The notes: generated by a model from the sequence alone, not told the origin. Shown: positions 14,282 through 28,272, numbered from the stretch's first letter. The stretch: 64,000 nucleotides of DNA from Callorhinchus milii (GCF_018977255.1 NW_024704742.1:21268001-21332000), one strand, 5' to 3'. Program-made: numbers and translations.

Positions 14282-14880
14282 CAACAACAACATTACATTT
14301 GTATAGCGCCTTTCATGTTGGGAGGACGTCAGAGGCGATGGACAGTCAGAGTTTTGGACACGAGCTGGGGGTCAGGGTGGGTGGAGGGCAGGTGGGGGAA
14401 GCAGAGATATCCAAAGCATGGTCGAAGAAGAGGGTCTTGAGATGGATCTTGAAGGAGGCAAGGGAGGGGGCATGGTGGAGAGAGTGTCGGATGGAGTTCC
14501 AGAAGGTGGGGGCAGAGTGGCAGAAAACCCGCCCACCAATTGTGGAGCAGGTGAGGCAGGGGATGTGAAGCAGGCCGGATCCTGCTGTGCGGAGGGAGCA
14601 GTTAGGATGGTAAGGGGTTAGGAGCTCACAGAGGTAGGGGAGAGTGAAGGTGAGGCCCAGGATCTTGAACTGTATCCTCTGTGTAAAGGGAAGCCAGTGG
14701 AGTCAGGCGAGGATGGGGGTGATGGAGTCACAGAGCCTAGTGTGGGAGAGGACATGAGTTCCAGATGATCTGCAGCCTATGGAGGGAGGAGTTGGGGAGG
14801 CCGACAAGTGAGGAGTTTGCATAGTCAAGCCTCGATATAATGAATGTGTGTATGAGGGTTTCAGCAGCCTACGGTAACAC
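14282..14880 (-). mobile_element. L2 LINE 3' fragment
   Basis: Reverse complement of the 25950-26520 L2 3' region, starting with the (CAA)n tail at 14282. Confidence 0.88.
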
Positions 14881-15753
14881 TGGACGTGGCAAATTGTTGG
14901 ATGAACTTACACTGAAGTCAATGTATTTTCAAATGAAATTCATTGTCGTGTCAAAATTGAGTATTTACATTACAAATCCAATCTTGCTGTCTTGACATTA
15001 ATCCTGCAACTCAGAGCGATGAAGCAAAAAATTTAATTTAATGTGTGCAAACAATAACTATTCTTCATGTGTATATTAAGATTAATGAATTTAAAGAAGA
15101 ATTTAACCTTTCATAATTCTAGTAAGCTTCCATTAGATAATCCAGAGTGCTTTTTCGAACACTTGCATAATCATACATCAGTTTGTTTGTATTCTTAGAT
15201 AATAGGCCTGAAATTCCATTTACTCTTAGCCTGTAGGACTATTGTGTGATAAAATTTAATATGGTTCAGAACTAAATTAGAAGTCGCGCATTTCCTAAAA
15301 AGAAGCAGCTTCTTAAGATCAAATTTAACTATTCTGCAAAATCTTAAATTTTAAGACAAAATGGTTATGAATCATTAAAAATTCTGAAGGATCTGTGAGA
15401 CAGGCTGCAAGTGTACAGTGTACCTGCCTTGTGACATGGAGGTATAAGGTTTACCTTGTATTCTGTGAGGAAGAAACTTTATCTGGGTAATAGAAAAGAG
15501 CTGGGCCTTTCAGAGAAAAAAGACACTGATATGATCTGCAGAGTAACTTATTGCCTGAAACTGCAGGCCATTCGGTGTTTGTTCTTTAGGTTTATGTATA
15601 CTTGCTTCAAAGTTTCAAATACAGATTAAAACAAAATTATATTCTTGCAGGTAAATACAAGTTACAGATTCGACATATTTTGCCAGGATCAACTATACAA
15701 CTTACAATTTTTTGTGACTGACCATTGGTTTTCAGATTCTTTCTTTGCTTCAG

Positions 15754-15837
15754 GGTGCTGCCTGTATCAGTGAAGATCAAGATACAAAACAAAACAGCTC
15801 TCTCAGTAATTATAACTATTCAAATTCATCACAACAG
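15754..15837 (+). other. Candidate orphan 84-nt exon (lncRNA or unknown gene)
   Basis: Acceptor TTCTTTCTTTGCTTCAG| and donor CAG|GTAAGT. Length is a multiple of 3 and two frames are open; no recognisable protein. Confidence 0.3.
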
Positions 15838-18800
15838 GTAAGTCTGGCATTATACCAATCTTAGATGTTCTGTGATGATTATGCTTTGCATTGTCACCAG
15901 TTAGCAATTTACTATTGGAATAGATCTTCTAGATAATAATAATTCTTACATTTGATATAGGGCCTTATCACGTCATTCAGATGTCTCAAAGAGCTTCACA
16001 GAATATATATTGTGAAGTGAACTGACTTTGTATTTTGTGAGTGAAATGATGGTGTATTAGTGAGGTATTGTCAATCTGTATGTCGGTATAACAATGTAAA
16101 ACTAATGTGCACCATGTAACTATTTAGTTTGCCTAGTTTGGGATATTAATAATAATAATCCTAGGTTTTGATACAGCACCGTACCACGACAGACGAATGT
16201 CTCAAAGCACTTTACAGGATTTACTGTCACGTGAAGTGACTGTGTATTTGTAGGCAAACATGGCAGCCAAGGAATGAATGATCAATTTTATTTGGGGGAT
16301 TGTTGATCAGGACACTGGGAGAAACTCACTTCTCTTTTTGAATAGTGCCATGGGATATTTAGCATCCGCCTTTTAATGTCCACCTGAACAGGCAGATGGG
16401 ACCTTGGTTTAATGTCTAATCTGAAGGACAGTTGCAAGGAAATAATCTAGTATTGCTTTTAGTGATATGAACTTAGTTTAGAATCTGGGTGGAATAATAG
16501 TTTTAGGATAATATTAAGAGTGTCAGTATTAAGATAAGCTTCCATTGCAGTAACTCAGAAGCTAGTAATGGGGCTCCCATGGTTCATTGATGTACTTTCA
16601 GTTACCAGGTGGAGCTCCATTTGCATGATGCGGATTTGTTACTAAAGAATCTCATTGGAATCCTGATTCTAGACTTTATGGACTTGAAGTGTTTACAAAG
16701 GCCTCACAAAGTTACAATGAACTCCCAGGCTATAAGGAAATTATTCAACAGAATCTCTCACTCACACACACACAGTTCCTTATGTCTTTTCTATTAAATT
16801 CCCCAATTGTCTTTCCCCAAAACTTGTCCAAAACAACCAAGAGTGGAAAAAGAAAAGATTTATCTGGGAAAATGTTCTGAGGCTCCGATCCCTCAAGTCC
16901 TCTCTATGTGACTTTCTCCCTGACATCATGTAGTCCGCAAGTGATGATCAGTGGATATAAGTAGTTTTTACTTCTCATCAGCCAGGCCAGTAGAGTAATC
17001 CCAGGACCGACACAGCTTCAACCCTGTAAATATCAGAGTCCCGGAGCACGAGTCCCCATATCCTACTGTCCAGCTAATACTTCCACACAAAACTGTACTG
17101 TTCAAGGCAGTACTGTAGTGCAAACCCTACAGCCCTAATTTAATCTATTCTTAGCCTGGATAGCCATTTTGAGTAGAGAGCAAGCTGCCTTGTTTTTAAG
17201 AACTGCAGAATAAACCACTTCCAAATTAAGACGGTTTAAAATTAAATTTTATGACAAAATAGTCTTAAAAGCTAAGACTGAGTGGAATTTCAGGTCTTAC
17301 ATGTTGCTAAATCTCCTCAAACACATGCAGCCTTGGTGGACTGTTGAATTAATGAGCTCATTAAAGGTCCAGAGAAGATAGGCAGTGAGCAGATCGTGAG
17401 GACAGAGCAGACATGTGGAAATGAAAGCCAGTAAATAGTTAGGACAGTTAAACAGTTACAATGATGATGAAAATAAGCAGAGAAAATTAAATCAATCTCA
17501 GAAATTGTGAGACGCAAAGAGAAAATAAAATAACAGAAAAACACAACAGGACGATTTGGAAAGGATTCAGAGAGAGAACATTTTTTAAAAAAAATGAATG
17601 CACAAAAAGCCTGAAAAAAAACTTGAATAAATGGCAGCGTAAGAGACAAAACAAGAGAAAAATAGTATGCATTATGATGTGATACTAATGGATGTTATAC
17701 AACAATGTGTTGACAAATGTCGTATAGGTTTATATAATGTGGCTGTTTCATATGTCACGTCACAATTCAGAAGGTAAAAATATATTAAGATTTGAGCAGT
17801 CTCAGCTATTTTCCACCTGATCACATACAGTTTGGAATTGTCTGAACAACTGTTTAAAAATACTACAGTTGGTCTACGTATTAGGAAGCAAAGAATCAGT
17901 GGAGTTCTTGCTCCCAAAAGCATCAAATTATGATTTTGTTTGAGATAGAGGTCATTCCCATTTATGCATAATTTTGGAGAACAACAGGACATTGAAATGA
18001 CTTAAATTGGAAGTCAATAGACCTTCACTGAAAAGGAAAAGATGAAGCAGACTATTACTATCCAATGCATTCTCTACCTGTACTGTTAATATTAGTAATG
18101 TGAAAGCTATTGATTTGCAAGATTTCTGAGAGCAAGGAATCTCAGGGTAACACATTGGCTGAAATAGTGAATTTAAATTGTGGTTTGATAAAGAAGCTTC
18201 TCCTTTCTGGCAAGCGTTCCTTTCCGTCCTTATCAATAATATTTTAAGACCCACTTTATAAACACAGCACAAGCCGTTTGACTTTTGTTTATTGTCATCG
18301 TGTAAAAAAATCCATTATCTCATCACCCGTGGGCTGAAGGGCTTGAGGAGCACAGAATTATTTTGGCAGCAGAACTCTTACCCTTCCAGTGAGCACCATC
18401 AGACAATACCAACTATCAGCCAGAACCTTGTCAATCATGCAATGCAAATTGTGGTAGCATTAGAAAACAAACATAGGCACTGAAGCCAGACCTAGCAATT
18501 TCATATGCACAGCAATGGTGCTGCTTGTATCTGGCGTTCTGTTCTCACTGCTGATTTTCCACCAATATTTCTGCTCTTTGGAAGTGTCAATTATTTGTAA
18601 AGGAATCGGATAATCGTTCCAAAATATCTTGACTGCTATTCAATGAGTTAGCGCACTCTTCCCACAACACACAGTCTGAGGTATAAGAAATGAATGCCTC
18701 GCTTCAACTGCTGGGAAAGATGCAGCTTCACATCCAGCAGGAGAGCCATTAAGAGTAGGAATTATGCTTCGCAGTCCCAATTGTTCTTACGGGGGATGAG

Positions 18801-20454
18801 GAGAACTCTGCGCATGCATTTTAATGGTTGTTAACGTTGTAATGTTATAAAACAGCCAGATAATTACACGATCAGCTCTTTTTAATAAGATTTTAAAAAT
18901 GAGTCCATAAGACCCTTTAGGGAATCATTTCTGAGTGAACTCTGAATCGATTTTGCACTCTTTACATTTATACTGCAATTGCTGTCAATTCAGCGAAACA
19001 TTGCATATTTTCCACTTCAAATGCACTTGGATAGGCAGGAAGTGGACCCCCCGCCACCCCCTCTTTTCAAGGTTCAAAGGACATCATTGTTGAGATGGAA
19101 ACCACTTTGTGATGCGCGGGAAGTACAATAAAAATAAAAAAAGGAAGTGGCTTTTTTCATGGACCTGTTATAAAGTCTTCTCTTCCCCAAGAGAAAGCTT
19201 TTTGAAATATCAAATTTTGAATTTACCTACAAAATATACAGTAATTGTACTTTACAGTATATTTGTGTATTTGTGAATTGCTTTGAGACGATCTCCTCAT
19301 AGTGAAATGCATTATCATCAAATGTAATGATCAGGTAAAATGAAAAAAAAATCTGGTCACTCAATCCACAACTGTATTTGGGACACTGTTATGCGCAATT
19401 GGCTGCCGTGTTTTGCCCACAAAATATACAATCAATTCACTTTACAATATATTATGTGAAGTGCTTTGAGTTGTCTCGGAGACATGATAAGGTGCTATAT
19501 CAAATGCAAGGATTATTATGATTAAAAATCAGGAAATGAATAGATGGAATGCTTTGTGTGCTTGCACTGGGTGTGAGTCATTGGAGAGTTGCTGCTTATA
19601 AGGTGATCCCTTATAAATTTGTAATCAGGGTGAATGGAAGGTCAGAGTCTTTAGAGAATATAATCTCAGGCCTTCTTGCGTGTTTCAGAATTGTAAACTT
19701 CAAACCAGCACTCAATCCGTCAGTCAATCAGTCAACAAGGGAGCTGAGGGATTCCAGTCTCAAAGTGAGAGAAATTCTCCTGTAATGTGGTTAAGAGGAA
19801 ACTTCACCAAAACCACAAATGTCTGTCTGTCAATTATGTTGTAAGCTTTATGACATTGCGTGCACAAATTGACTACAGTGTTTGCCCACAAAATACACAA
19901 TCACTACACAGTAAATTATGAGGAATGCTTTGAAGCATTTTGATGTGGTCCAGCATTACATCAAATGCAAGGATTGTTTATTATTTAAAAAGATAGATTT
20001 TGTAATTACAGCAATAAATTGTCAATCTCACTTTTAAACAGGAAACAACTGGAAGAATCACAAATGCCACATGCTGTCCATGTCTCTCACTCAATTGACT
20101 GAATTTTAGGAACACAGGAACAGGAGAAGGCCATTCAGCCCCTTGAGCCTGTTCCGTCATTTCATTAGATCATGGCTGATCTGTATCTCAGCTCCATTTA
20201 CCTGCTTTTCCTCAATATCCTTTGATACCCTGACCTAACAAAAATATATTGATCTCAGACGTGAAATTTCCGATTCATTCCGGATTCCCCCACCAGAAGA
20301 TATAACTTCTTTGTATCTACCCTATCAAGTCCCTTTGTAAACACCTCGAACTTTAACTCCAGGGAATAGAAACCAAGTTTGTGCAACCTTTTCTTATAAT
20401 TTTCTTATAATTTGATCCTTTCATCATTCTGGTGCTGTAGCCCTTACAAGGTCA

Positions 20455-20892
20455 ATCAGCTTGACTCAGTGGTAGCATTCTTGCCTTTGAGTCAGAAGGT
20501 TGTGGGTTCAAGCCCCGTATCAGGACTTAAAATCACATAGTGTAAACTAACACTCCATTGTGTTACTGGAGGTGTGCTGAATTGTTGGAGGTTGGATGTT
20601 AAACCAAGGTCCGTCTGCTTCTACAAGTGGATGTTAAAGATCCAATGGCACTATTTGAAAAGAGAAAGGAGTTTCTCCCAGTGTACTGACCAACAATTCC
20701 CCCAGATAAAATTGATCCCTTCCTCTATGGCTGTTTGTGGGACATTGCTGTGCACAACTGGCTGCCGCATATTGCCAACAATATACTACGTTGTGGGCGA
20801 TATGCGGTCACTGTACCTTCACTATATACTGCGAAGAGCTTTGAGATGTCTTGATGACGTGATAAGGCCCTATATCAAATGCAAGGATTATT
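20455..20892 (+). mobile_element. Older SacSINE1-like Deu-SINE, near full length
   Basis: Head GACTCAGTGGTAGCATTCTTGCCTTTGAGTCAGAAGGTTGTGGGTTCAAGCCCC; GATGTTAAAGATCC core; Deu core; tail. Related copies lie at about 13520-13930(+), 23680-23990(+), 12760-13110(-), 16150-16430(-), 27200-27560(-), 28285-28630(-), 39970-40270(-) and 45410-45778(-). Confidence 0.85.
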
Positions 20893-23800
20893 GTATATCC
20901 TTCCTGAGGAATGGTGCCCAAAACTGATCCTCAGGAAGAATATATTTGCCTTAGAGGGCAATGTTTTGCCCCTTTTCTCAGTACTGGAGTAAATGCAAGC
21001 ACAAAGTTTGGTGCTAACATGTAAGCATGGAAAACGTTGCGTAGTGAAAACTTCATGCCACTTACTTTTGCTGAGGTAATGATTTTTACTGCTGTGTAAT
21101 GGTTAATAAAAGCAACCTCCTCCCCTCCACAGCATCAGTTTTCTGAGGAATCACTGCACGTGGCCCTGGGGTAAGCCCACCATAATGAGAACCACCCTCC
21201 CTCTGTCACTCCATTGTTAAGCAAAAATCATGATGGGGCACAATGTACGACCTTCGCAAAATGGCTAGGAAGTGCTAGTCACAGTTTGCGATGAATAAAG
21301 ACCCCATGGGAGCATGGCAAAAGCCTATTCGATCATATCGCCTGGAAGAATTAAATGTTGATAAACTCAGTGAATGCAGAGTTCAAGCAGGGATTAGTGC
21401 CAGCCAATTATGTCACAATATTTTAATATAAACTATCTAGTGTTTTGCAACGCAGTACAGGGATTAGCAGAAGAGTCAGTGGTGATTGTTGCCAATAATG
21501 GCAAAGATTAGACCTTTCATGTGAGCAGAGTAAAATTCATTGAGATCTAACAGTGTGCTGTGAATTATCTTTACTGCTACACATGTTACTTTAATCAGTG
21601 TTGTAACTGTTCACAGGATTCAATTTTGACCCAATTATGTTTTTCTTAAAGGAAAATAATGTTGCCTGGGACAGAAATAACTCGCTTTTCACTTTAATCT
21701 CTCCTGTTACTACTGGACCTGATGCTGTCAATGAAGTCGCTTTTATTCACAAAATGTCCTACACACCTGCACATGCTGTACCTTCAACACATCTATTAGC
21801 TGCTTTTCTACATTTATTTTATTCAAGCCTAATTCTTCCTCCTTTTTTTGGTCAGCCGGATGTGTGACACATGTGGAAACCCATCACCATGCTTAAGAGT
21901 ATTCAAACCAGACTGAGAGTTCAATTACATGTATTCTGTCACCTACACATAGAAATATCCCTGTTTCTGAGTGAAATGCACATACTCTCCTCAGAGGAAC
22001 ACACCTTACTTACTTAATTCTGGAGAGCAGTAGGTACAGTTTGACAAGATCGAAGGCTTGGGGACTCCAAAGTACGCGTTGGGATACTGCTGGAGTTTAA
22101 CCAGCTGAAAACACATAGCTTGCCATTGAAAGCACTGCCAGGCAAGCTTCTCACTGTTTGTAGGGTTGCAGGGTTAACAAGAGCTGAGGAGGATGACTCC
22201 CTGCCCCCAGTGACTGGTCTGCCCCTGCATTCATGGGGATGGTGGTAGAATCTGGATTACACCCCTTTCTGGCGATTGAGCCTGGAGACAGGTTTGGCAC
22301 ATATCCAATAGGGGATGTCTGCCCAGAAGCAAGTTGGGAGCTCTCATGCTTGTTCAGGCTGAGGTAAAATAAAGGCTTTAGAATTTTTATTTTGGTATGG
22401 GGATTATACCAATAGGGATCCTTTTCTTACTTGGGAGAAACACTAAACACTAAACTAAACTAAACACTAAACCTTCCACGTTTTGCAGGCAGTCTAGTCT
22501 GTCATCATCAGTGCCCTGGAGTACTGTGGACCTGCCTGGCTCAGAGGATTGACTCGATTCCGACATTCAATTGCCAAAAGCCAGTTCACCTCCAAGGAAA
22601 TCCTGTTTAACTCCTCACTGAGGAGGACAGTCATGAATTAGTCATTTGACATCCAATAAGTTCAGGTTTCAACTTTAAGAGGTAGATGGCAGGAACTCCA
22701 TGCAAACACAGCCCAGCATGAAATGCATGAGAGCACTGCCACCATCATGACAGACTATTTCGTCTTAAAATGTAAGATTGCACAGCATTGTACAAAATCC
22801 TTAAATTCAGTCATAATTTAAAACATGGTTCTTTATATGATCTGCAGAAAAATGGTTTCCGATTTTAAGTTTGCTCAATCTTGGATTTAAGGACAAAATA
22901 GTCCCACAGTCCAAGTCGAAATTTGGGCCTCAGGTGCTTNAAAAAAAACTGGATGCACAAGCCGAGGACTCAATGAGCTGTGTGCCTGATGTGGCAGCAA
23001 GCTTGAAAGATGTAATCATCTGTTCAGGGCTCTGGCATCGATATTTGTGTGAAGCGGATGGCAGCAAAAGATGGTTATAAATAGGAAGCAGTTACCCTGC
23101 TGAGGGGAAGACCGTGGATGTTTTCGACTGATACCTATTACTGCAACATTTGAAACATGAGGCCACATCAAATGCACCACCTTGTAATGCCCTCACTCCT
23201 GCCATTACTGATAAGTTAGCTTTGACACTGCGGGCTCTCAAGTACACTTCAGGGACAGGTTTACAAAGACAGTGGAGTGAAATCTGCCCAGCACTGCCAT
23301 GTAGCAGGGAGCTGTTGATTTATGGAATAGGCTGCCACCTCGTGCAGTGAATGCAGACCCAGTTGCAGCATGCAGAATAAAATAATGGATTAGTTAGTGT
23401 GGAGCGAAGCAACACAGGCTTGGCACTGAGAAAACAGACGGATGGAGTGATCTGTGGCAAGCCTGCACGTGCTGCTGAATGACAGAGAAATAAGCTAAGC
23501 AGAGTGGTTCTTGTTTTGCTCTGTTATTATATTCATCACTGATTCATATACGCTAATTCATTGACATAGATACATAGGGTTGAAAAAGCACTGAATGAGA
23601 AAACAATAGCTTGAATAACACTTCAGACCTGAGAATTGAAGTCCAATTCCTGCAGGGAAACTCATGTACATCCCATCCTTCTGATGAGATGTTAAATTGA
23701 GTCCCCATCTGCCTGTTCAGGTGGATGTTAAAGATTCCATGGCATTATTCGGAAAGAGGAGGGAGTTTCTCCTGGCGTCCTGGCCAACAGTCACCCAAAT

Positions 23801-24479
23801 AAAATTAATTACCCACTCCATGGCAGTTTGTGGGACATTGCTGTGCGCAACTCACTGCCACATTTTGACCATACAATAGTCAATCCACTTCACTGTATAT
23901 CCTGTGAAACGCCTTGAGACATCTTGAAGATGCGATAAGGCCCTACATCAAATGCAAGGATTATTATTATTTTATGATTATTATTATTATCGTCACTGAA
24001 TTCAGTGACTGAGCACCATCACCTTAGTTTATTACTGGGTCATATTTCAAAAGCATTCGACCTTAAAAAGCTAGATTTGTTAAGAAGTCTGGGCATCTGT
24101 GATGCTGCCTCACAGGAACAAAACTCCAACTCAATCTTTTGGAGATTCCTCCTTTGTGAAGCAGGGATCCCACACTTCTGAGTGATGTGCACAATGTAGT
24201 TCCTATCACTGGAAGGAGTCTACGCTTGAGATTTATTAGTTAAGAAATCCATCAAGAAATACTGTAACATTTCACAACTTCACAATTCACTGTTTTAACT
24301 CGGATGTTTCACTGCAAGTGTAGACAAAGTTTGCGTCTGGAGTGGAGTGCTTATACGTAGATAGGAAGTTCTTATGAAATTCATTATTATGGAAAATTAG
24401 GGGATATAAAGAATGTAGCAAGAGGATGTAAAATATTGTAAAATTATGATCCTGACTATATCTGCTGTCCTGACAGAAT

Positions 24480-26527
24480 GTCTAAAATCTCCCCCTCCTC
24501 CCTCTCAGCTGCCTTGAAGTCATCTGAACTCCTTCCCCTCTGGGCTTCCTCCCGCAATTACCTATCCTCCTCGGTCACTCTTCTCCACAGCTCCCTCTCC
24601 TCCACTCTCGATTCCCTTGCTCTCCTCTCTTCCTGAGCCATCTCCTCTTCAACGTAAGTCACCATGGTACACCAGCCACCTCTGCTCCCTTAAAGCACAG
24701 GTGCGTGCAGCTGAACACACCTGGCTTAAATCAAACTTAATGGTTGGTCCATCAGCAAATCTAGCTGGATCTTATCAAATCTTACCACTCCACCCTCGCC
24801 TCCTCTAAATCGTCTTTCTACTCCAAGACAATCTTGGAGGCCAAGGATAACCCCAGGCACCTCTTCTGCATCACCAACCGGCTCCTCTGTCCATCCTCTC
24901 ACGCCTCGTCCATCCTCACCTGAAATGCCAACTGCGAGGTGATGCTGGACTTCCTCGAATCCAAAGTTGAAGAGATCCGATCAGCTGCCTCAGCCATTCC
25001 GTCTATTACCCCCTCCCCATCTCCACCTCCCACAGCAGCCCCTACCCATCCCTCCCTCCACATCTTCGAACCTGTCTCCCCCTCCTCTCTCACCACCACT
25101 ATAACCCACATGGAACCAACCACCTGCTCCCTCAAACCCATCTCTACCCATCTCCTTACCTCCCAGCTCCACCTCCTTGCCCCTCCACTCACTGACATCA
25201 TAAACCTCTCCCTGTCCACTAGTATCGTTCCCATCCAATTGAAAAACATTGTCATCACTCCTATAAAATCACTTCCTGCACCCATCTCCAGTCTCAAACT
25301 ACCGCCCCCATCTTCAACCTGCCCTTCCTCTGCAAGGTCCTGGAATGAGTCGTTGCTTCCCAGCTTCACTCCTTCCTCTCTCGACACTCTCTTCACAAAC
25401 TCCTCCAATCTGGTTTCCGTGCCGCCCACAGCACAGAAACAGCCCTGGTCAAAGTGACAAATGACATTCTGTCCATCTGCGAGCAGGGCTCCCTCTGCCT
25501 CCTCGACCTCTCTGCTGCCTTCGACACTGTCGACCACTCTATCTTCATCCACCGCTTCTCCTCTCACCTCAACCTTCACGGCTCTGACCTTGACTGGTTC
25601 AGATGGTACCTCTCACATCGCCTCCACTTCATATCCATAAACAATTTCTCCTCTGGCCCCTGCAACGTCTCGTGCTAAGTTTCTCCAGTTGAACGTCAAC
25701 AAGACCAATGCTATCCTGATTGGCTCCCGTCAGCGCCTCCACACCTCAGGCATTGACAGCATCACCATCCATGGATGCACACTCCACCTTACTAAGCCAG
25801 TCTGGAACTTTGGCACCTTGTTTAACCCTATCCTTTCTACCCCAAATCTGTGCCATGACCTGCTCTGCCTTCACCCTGCAACATCTCCCGGCTCTGCCAC
25901 TGTCTCACACCACAGGCCGCCTATACCCTCATACATGCTTTCATTACATCGAGGCTCGACTATGCAAACTCCTTGCTTGTTAGCCTCCCCAACTCCTCCC
26001 TCCACAGGCTGCAGATCATCCAGAACTCTGCAGCCCGTATCCTCTCCCGCACCAGGCTCCGTGACCCTACCCATCCTCGCCCGACTCCACTGGCTTCCCA
26101 TCACACAGAGGATACAGTGCAAGATCCTGGTCCTCACCGTCAAAGCCATCCATCGTATTGCTCCCTCCTACCTCTGAGACCTCCTAATCCCGACCATCCT
26201 GTTCGCTCCCTCCGCTCAGCGGGCTCCAGCCTGCTTCACGTCCTCTGCCTCGCTCGACCCACTATTGGCAAGTGGGCCTTCTGCCATTCTGCCCCCACCC
26301 TCTGTAACTCCATTCTGCGGTTCCTCTGCCTCCACCCCTCCCTTGCCTCCTTCAAGACTCATCTCAAGGCCCTCCTCTTCGACCATGTTTTTGATCACAC
26401 TGCTTCATACCCCTGCCCTCCATCCTCTCCGATCCCAACCCCCACCTCGGGTCCGAAACTCTGTCCAGCACTTGGGAAGTCCTCCCAATGTGAAAGGTGT
26501 TATGCAAATGTAATTTTGTTGCTGTTG
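24480..26527 (+). mobile_element. L2-clade LINE, 5'-truncated and degenerate; reverse transcriptase remnant plus 3' tail
   Basis: SPWYTSHLCSLKAQVRAAEHTWLKS; GFRAAHSTETALVKVTNDIL; LLDLSAAFDTVDHSIF; LHWLPITQRIQCKILVLTVKAIH. Frameshifts are present. The tail ends GAAAGGTGTTATGCAAATGTAA-(TTG)n. Confidence 0.92.
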
Positions 26528-26879
26528 CATTTGACATCATGTGAAAGTGTGAGTCTGCTTAACAGACTGTTTAATAGAACAATTGATTCCTATAGTCATG
26601 GGAATTAATCTTTCATCTCTTCCCGATCTTTGCTTCATTGGGTTGATGCACACTAGCTACATTAGACAAGTAATCTTGTGGTTTAAGGGGCTGATTTTCA
26701 AAAGGTTAGTATTCAGTAAATGTGCAATTGTTTAAATATTTGATGGTAAAACACAATGTCATAACTATATAGAGAAATGAGAGAATATCAGCCACTTGGG
26801 ATTGGGTAAAAGACAATGCAGCTCAGGATCATAAATGCTGAGAGTGAAGTTCAAATGGTTAACTGTGGGGTGACACTAA

Positions 26880-27180
26880 AATGTGTTAGATTTGTGAGTC
26901 ATGCTCCTAAAGGGTACAGATCAACGTTACCTAAATAATAATGTTAACATGGTCACAAACTCTTCAGCAAGAAGATGCAAGTTCAAACTCAGAAAAAGGA
27001 AATTGAATGGAAAGTTCACGTTTAATTATTTCACCCCGAGAGTGATGATTATGTGGAATAGACGTTCCAGCGAGACAGTGGAACCAGATTGTGTCAGCAA
27101 ATTCAACAGGGAATTGGATACCTATTTGGTGAAGACATTGACTGTGCAGTGTGAGAGTTGGAAGAAAAGAATCCTTTGCA
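26880..27180 (+). mobile_element. CR1 LINE 3' fragment
   Basis: NYFTPRVMIMWNRRSSETVEPDCVSKFNRELDTYL matches the CR1 ORF2 C-terminus. Other CR1 remnants lie at about 47455-47720(+), 20110-20450(-), 34420-34730(-) and 42550-42700(-). Confidence 0.8.
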
Positions 27181-28099
27181 TCTGATAATTACGTAAATAA
27201 TAAACGTCTCAAAGTATTTCTCAGGGAATTGCTATCAAGTCTTATAAATACGCATATGTAGCCAAATATAAGCCAGCTTGCACACACTAATGTCTTGCAA
27301 ACAGCCATGTGTGACAATCTATCTGGAGCATTGTTGACCAGGAAATGAGGATAAAAACCCTTCTCTGTTGAAATGGTACCAGCAGGAACAGGCAGAAGGG
27401 ATTTCAGACAATGTTATAGGTTCAATGGATGGCACCTCTGTCAATGTAGCATTCCCCCAGTATTGCATTAGAATGTCAGTCTAAACTTTGTGCTTAAACT
27501 CCTGATCAAGGGCGTGAATTCACAACTTTCTGATTGAGCGATAAAATTGAGCTGCACTGACCTGAACTATTTTGGATATGTTAAAAATGCAAATTATTAG
27601 AGATGGACTGCAATGACCTCACTGGCCCTGTGCAAACCATTCCTAGGATCCGTGAAGGACATAGACTTTCAGCAATTATCAACTATTGATTTTCCTCAAT
27701 AAACCTGAAATAGTGATTGCTTACTCCCTCCACTAGTGTGAAGAGCCAGTTGGGAACAAAAGGAAGGAGTAAAGCTGCCAAAAATACATCCCCTCACCAC
27801 CACCATTTTCCCTTCATATGGAATCCTTTCGGAAGTTCTGTCAACCTGTGAGTACTCCTCTCTGGAATTAGACCACATAGAAGGATGTGCCACATGGAGG
27901 GTAGTGATGTACTTGTTGTTACTAAAAGGGGTTCCCCACCTTCCACAAGTTGTATTTGTTATTGAGGTATTTGAAGATTTAACAACATTGTAGTGTGATG
28001 ATGTGACTCATCCTGGAGAGAAAAAAATCACCTTCATTTAACTGTTTAATATGGAGGTTAAAAGCCCAACATAGCGATTTTCTAAGGATGGTTCAGTTG

Positions 28100-28272
28100 G
28101 AGGAAGATACAGAGAAATTGAGCCCCATAGGCCAGGAAGGTCCTATATTCAATTCCCTGCTCTGTGCTGTCTTAGCCGATCTCACTTGGAATAGCAATTG
28201 GGTGGCAACAATAGATGTCAGTGCCTCTGGGATTCAGAATGGCAAATCAGCCTGAGTTTGCATTCCCTTTCC
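28100..28272 (+). mobile_element. Ancient SINE-like fragment, family unassigned
   Basis: CCAGGAAGGTCC...TTCAATTCCC...CTGTGCTG..TTAGCCGATCTCA...AAATCAGCC; a related antisense piece lies at about 6040-6130. Confidence 0.5.

Noticed and set aside
24899..26608. Long overlapping ORFs (226, 172, 162, 211 aa) as host genes
   Set aside because: They are sense, shifted or antisense frames of a decayed L2 ORF2.
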